Positions 54,360-56,207 of a DNA stretch of 56,207 nucleotides are shown here, piece after piece. Source of the stretch: an uncultured Muribaculaceae bacterium (GTDB taxonomy: Bacteria > Bacillota_I > Bacilli_A > RF39 > UBA660); the NCBI GenBank assembly GCA_964525365.1, contig CAZGGW010000001.1, positions 1 to 56,207 on the forward strand, in the 5' to 3' direction. The notes beneath the pieces were generated by a model, which saw only the letters and a list, made by a program, of their open reading frames with translations, was not told the DNA's origin and did not search any database. A program made the position numbers and the translations under genes. The number at the start of each line of letters is the position of its first letter. The first letter of the stretch is position 1.

Positions 54360-55264
54360 TATTCCTCCTTTTTACTTCTTGGATGATATTTTTCATAACT
54401 ATCTCTTAAGTATTTATTTGATAAATGTGTATATATTTCAGTAGTTGTAATGTGTTCGTGTCCCAAAAGTATTTGAACACTCCTTAAGTCTGCGCCCCCT
54501 TCTATTAGATGTGTAGCAAAACTATGTCTAATAATATGAGGAGACAAGTACTTATCTATTTCTTGTTCTGTTTTTATACCTTGTAATATTCTATTAAATC
54601 CACTTCTCGACATTGAATTCCCGTGATTATTTAAAAATATATATTCATTTGATTGATTTTTCTTATTAAAGAATAAATTTCTATATTCATTAATATATAA
54701 ATTCAAATATTTTATAGCCATATCTCCTATTGGAACTATTCTTTCTTTATTGCCTTTTCCAATAAGTCTTAATATACAAGCAGTACTGTCATAATTATTC
54801 AGTTTTAATGTGGTTAATTCACTAACTCTTACTCCGGTTGCATACATTAATTCTAACATAGCTTTATTTCTATAATCAAATTTTGTATCAAGCTTAATGT
54901 CAAGCAACTTATCTACTTCTTCTATACTTAAATAGTTAGGAAGCCGTTTAGGGGTCTTTTCGTGGTCAATACCAATCATTAAATTGGAAATAGTACTATT
55001 ATCACTAATATAGTTATAATATCCTCTTAAAATCGAAATATAGTTATTTACTGATATTGGTTTTACAGTATTATTTAAATGTAATATATATTTTTTAATA
55101 TCATCTTTTTTTAAATTATCAATTTTATAATTAAAATATTCTTCAAATAATGATAAACCATATTTATATGAATTATATGTTTCCTTAGAAAGATTCCTTT
55201 CTAACTTTATATAACTCAAATATTCATTTATATTTTCATTAACTATTTTTTTATTTTCTTTCAT
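54359..55264 (-). CDS. xerD: Site-specific tyrosine recombinase XerD/XerC family
   Basis: GVRVSEL, HIIRHSFATHLIEGGADLRSVQILLGHEHITTTEIYTH (R..HxxR..Y). It is coupled to deoB by a TAATG overlap, the same adjacency as ripX-drm in B. subtilis. Confidence 0.85.
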   Translation of the reverse strand: MKENKKIVNENINEYLSYIKLERNLSKETYNSYKYGLSLFEEYFNYKIDNLKKDDIKKYILHLNNTVKPISVNNYISILRGYYNYISDNSTISNLMIGIDHEKTPKRLPNYLSIEEVDKLLDIKLDTKFDYRNKAMLELMYATGVRVSELTTLKLNNYDSTACILRLIGKGNKERIVPIGDMAIKYLNLYINEYRNLFFNKKNQSNEYIFLNNHGNSMSRSGFNRILQGIKTEQEIDKYLSPHIIRHSFATHLIEGGADLRSVQILLGHEHITTTEIYTHLSNKYLRDSYEKYHPRSKKEE

Positions 55265-55330
55265 AGTTAAATTCTATCATATTTGTGGAAAAAAGAGTAT
55301 ATTTTTGTTAAAATGTATATAGAGGTTTAT

Positions 55331-56207
55331 ATGGATTTATTACAAAATATAATGAGACCCAATTCTTTAAAAGATGTTGTTGGGCAAAGTCATTTAATTG
55401 GAAAAGGTAAGATTCTTACTAATTTAGTTAAAAATAAAAAGATTTTTAATATTATTTTATATGGAAGATCTGGGATAGGTAAAACCACTATTGCATTAGC
55501 TTTAGTGAATGATTTAGGACTTCGTTATAGAATATTAAATGCTACCATTAATTCTAAAAAAGACTTTGAAGTTGTATTTGAAGAAGCAAAAATGTACGAA
55601 CATATTATATTAATTGTAGATGAAATTCACAGAATGAATAAAGATAAGCAAGATTTATTACTTTCATATATTGAGTCAGGTTTGGTTACATTAATTGGTC
55701 TTACTTCATCCAATCCATATCATTCAATTAATCCAGCGATTAGAAGTAGATGTCAAATGATTGAATTAAAAGAAATAACTAAAGAAGATATAATTTCTTC
55801 TATCAAAAAGATTAAAAAAGTATATAATGATTTGATAATTGATACTAAAACCATTAATTATATTGCGTCTTTATCAAATGGTGATTTAAGGTATGCATAC
55901 AATTTAATTGAATTTTGTTATTATAGTTTTGGGGGTACATTCACTATCGAAGATATAAAAGAAGTAAATACTAGTCCAAATATAAATTATGATAAAAACG
56001 AAGATGGACATTTTAATTTATTATCTGCTTTTCATAAAAGTATTAGAGGAAGTGATGTAAATGCCGCATTATATTATTTGTCTAGATTAATAGATTCAGG
56101 AGATATTGATGGTCTTCATAGAAGAATGCTTGCGATTGCATATGAAGATATTGGCCTTGCTAATCCAATGATGGGAACTAAAGTGTTATCCGCAGTTATT
56201 TCTTCTG
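55331..56207 (+). CDS. rarA: Replication-associated recombination protein A (AAA+ ATPase), 5' part; the gene runs off the window
   Basis: Open frame from ATG 55331 to the window end, not in the track. MRPNSLKDVVGQSHLIG, Walker A GRSGIGKTT, Walker B IVDEIHRMNK, NPAIRSRC, HFNLLSAFHKSIRGSDVNAALYYLSRLI and AYEDIGLANP. Confidence 0.88.
   Translation, partial: MDLLQNIMRPNSLKDVVGQSHLIGKGKILTNLVKNKKIFNIILYGRSGIGKTTIALALVNDLGLRYRILNATINSKKDFEVVFEEAKMYEHIILIVDEIHRMNKDKQDLLLSYIESGLVTLIGLTSSNPYHSINPAIRSRCQMIELKEITKEDIISSIKKIKKVYNDLIIDTKTINYIASLSNGDLRYAYNLIEFCYYSFGGTFTIEDIKEVNTSPNINYDKNEDGHFNLLSAFHKSIRGSDVNAALYYLSRLIDSGDIDGLHRRMLAIAYEDIGLANPMMGTKVLSAVISS

Noticed and set aside
1-56207. Mollicutes-type genetic code (UGA = Trp), considered because of the extreme AT content
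   Set aside because: Trp positions in conserved proteins (for example the EF-P neighbours, IleRS WFYSM, Nfo) are TGG. TGA terminates well-defined genes at conserved C-termini, for example the yycJ-like gene at 17340-17342. This is code 11.
1-56207. CRISPR arrays, tRNA/rRNA genes, prophage or integrative-element boundaries
   Set aside because: I saw no regularly spaced direct repeats of 25-40 bp, no cloverleaf-like GC-rich segments in the intergenic regions, and no integrase or att-like flanking repeats around the four-gene operon. The only mobile-element trace is the truncated IS1634-type transposase. xerD here is the chromosomal dimer-resolution recombinase, judged by its deoB linkage.

Overview
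This is a 56.2 kb, very AT-rich segment (roughly 25-30% GC by eye) from the chromosome of a low-GC Bacillota organism. It uses the standard bacterial code: Trp is TGG and TGA acts as a stop. Nearly all genes lie on the + strand until about 52.2 kb. No rRNA, tRNA or CRISPR array was seen. The backbone is housekeeping with Bacillus-like gene order: parE (3' end)-parC, ylbD/ylbE-like, an orphan prepilin gene, nfo with a yqfT-like gene, rpmG-efp, rplI-dnaB, an M23 peptidase, yycJ-like-rlmH, ung, prs, rpsU-yqeY-yqfC-yqfD-VanZ-ybeY-dgkA-cdd-era-yqzL-recO, glyQS, sepF-divIVA, T-box-ileS, a tmk-like gene, a SEDS protein, comEA-comEC, spoIIM-like, mnmA, zupT, deoB-xerD and rarA (5' part). The scattered sporulation-type genes (SpoIIIAH-like, GerE-like, GerM-like, YqfC/YqfD, SpoIIM-like, YjcZ-like) suggest a spore-forming lineage or one derived from spore-formers. 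Four regions look accessory. (1) 5.1-10.4 kb holds a self-contained four-gene operon, the best candidate for an undescribed system. It encodes a 367-aa protein I cannot assign, a membrane-anchored McrB-clade AAA+ GTPase, a short McrC-N-terminal/DUF2357-like protein with no visible nuclease, and a single-pass membrane protein with Asp-rich Ca-binding-like repeats plus a beta-rich ectodomain. (2) 29.7-33.1 kb is an insertion between divIVA and the ileS T-box. It holds a decayed large ORF fused tail-to-tail to a truncated IS1634-family transposase. (3) 36.4-41.1 kb encodes two tandem MacB-architecture ABC ATPase-permease fusions immediately downstream of ileS. (4) 41.2-42.9 kb encodes a BspA-type leucine-rich-repeat protein with no signal peptide. 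All family assignments come from motif recognition by eye; no database search was run.
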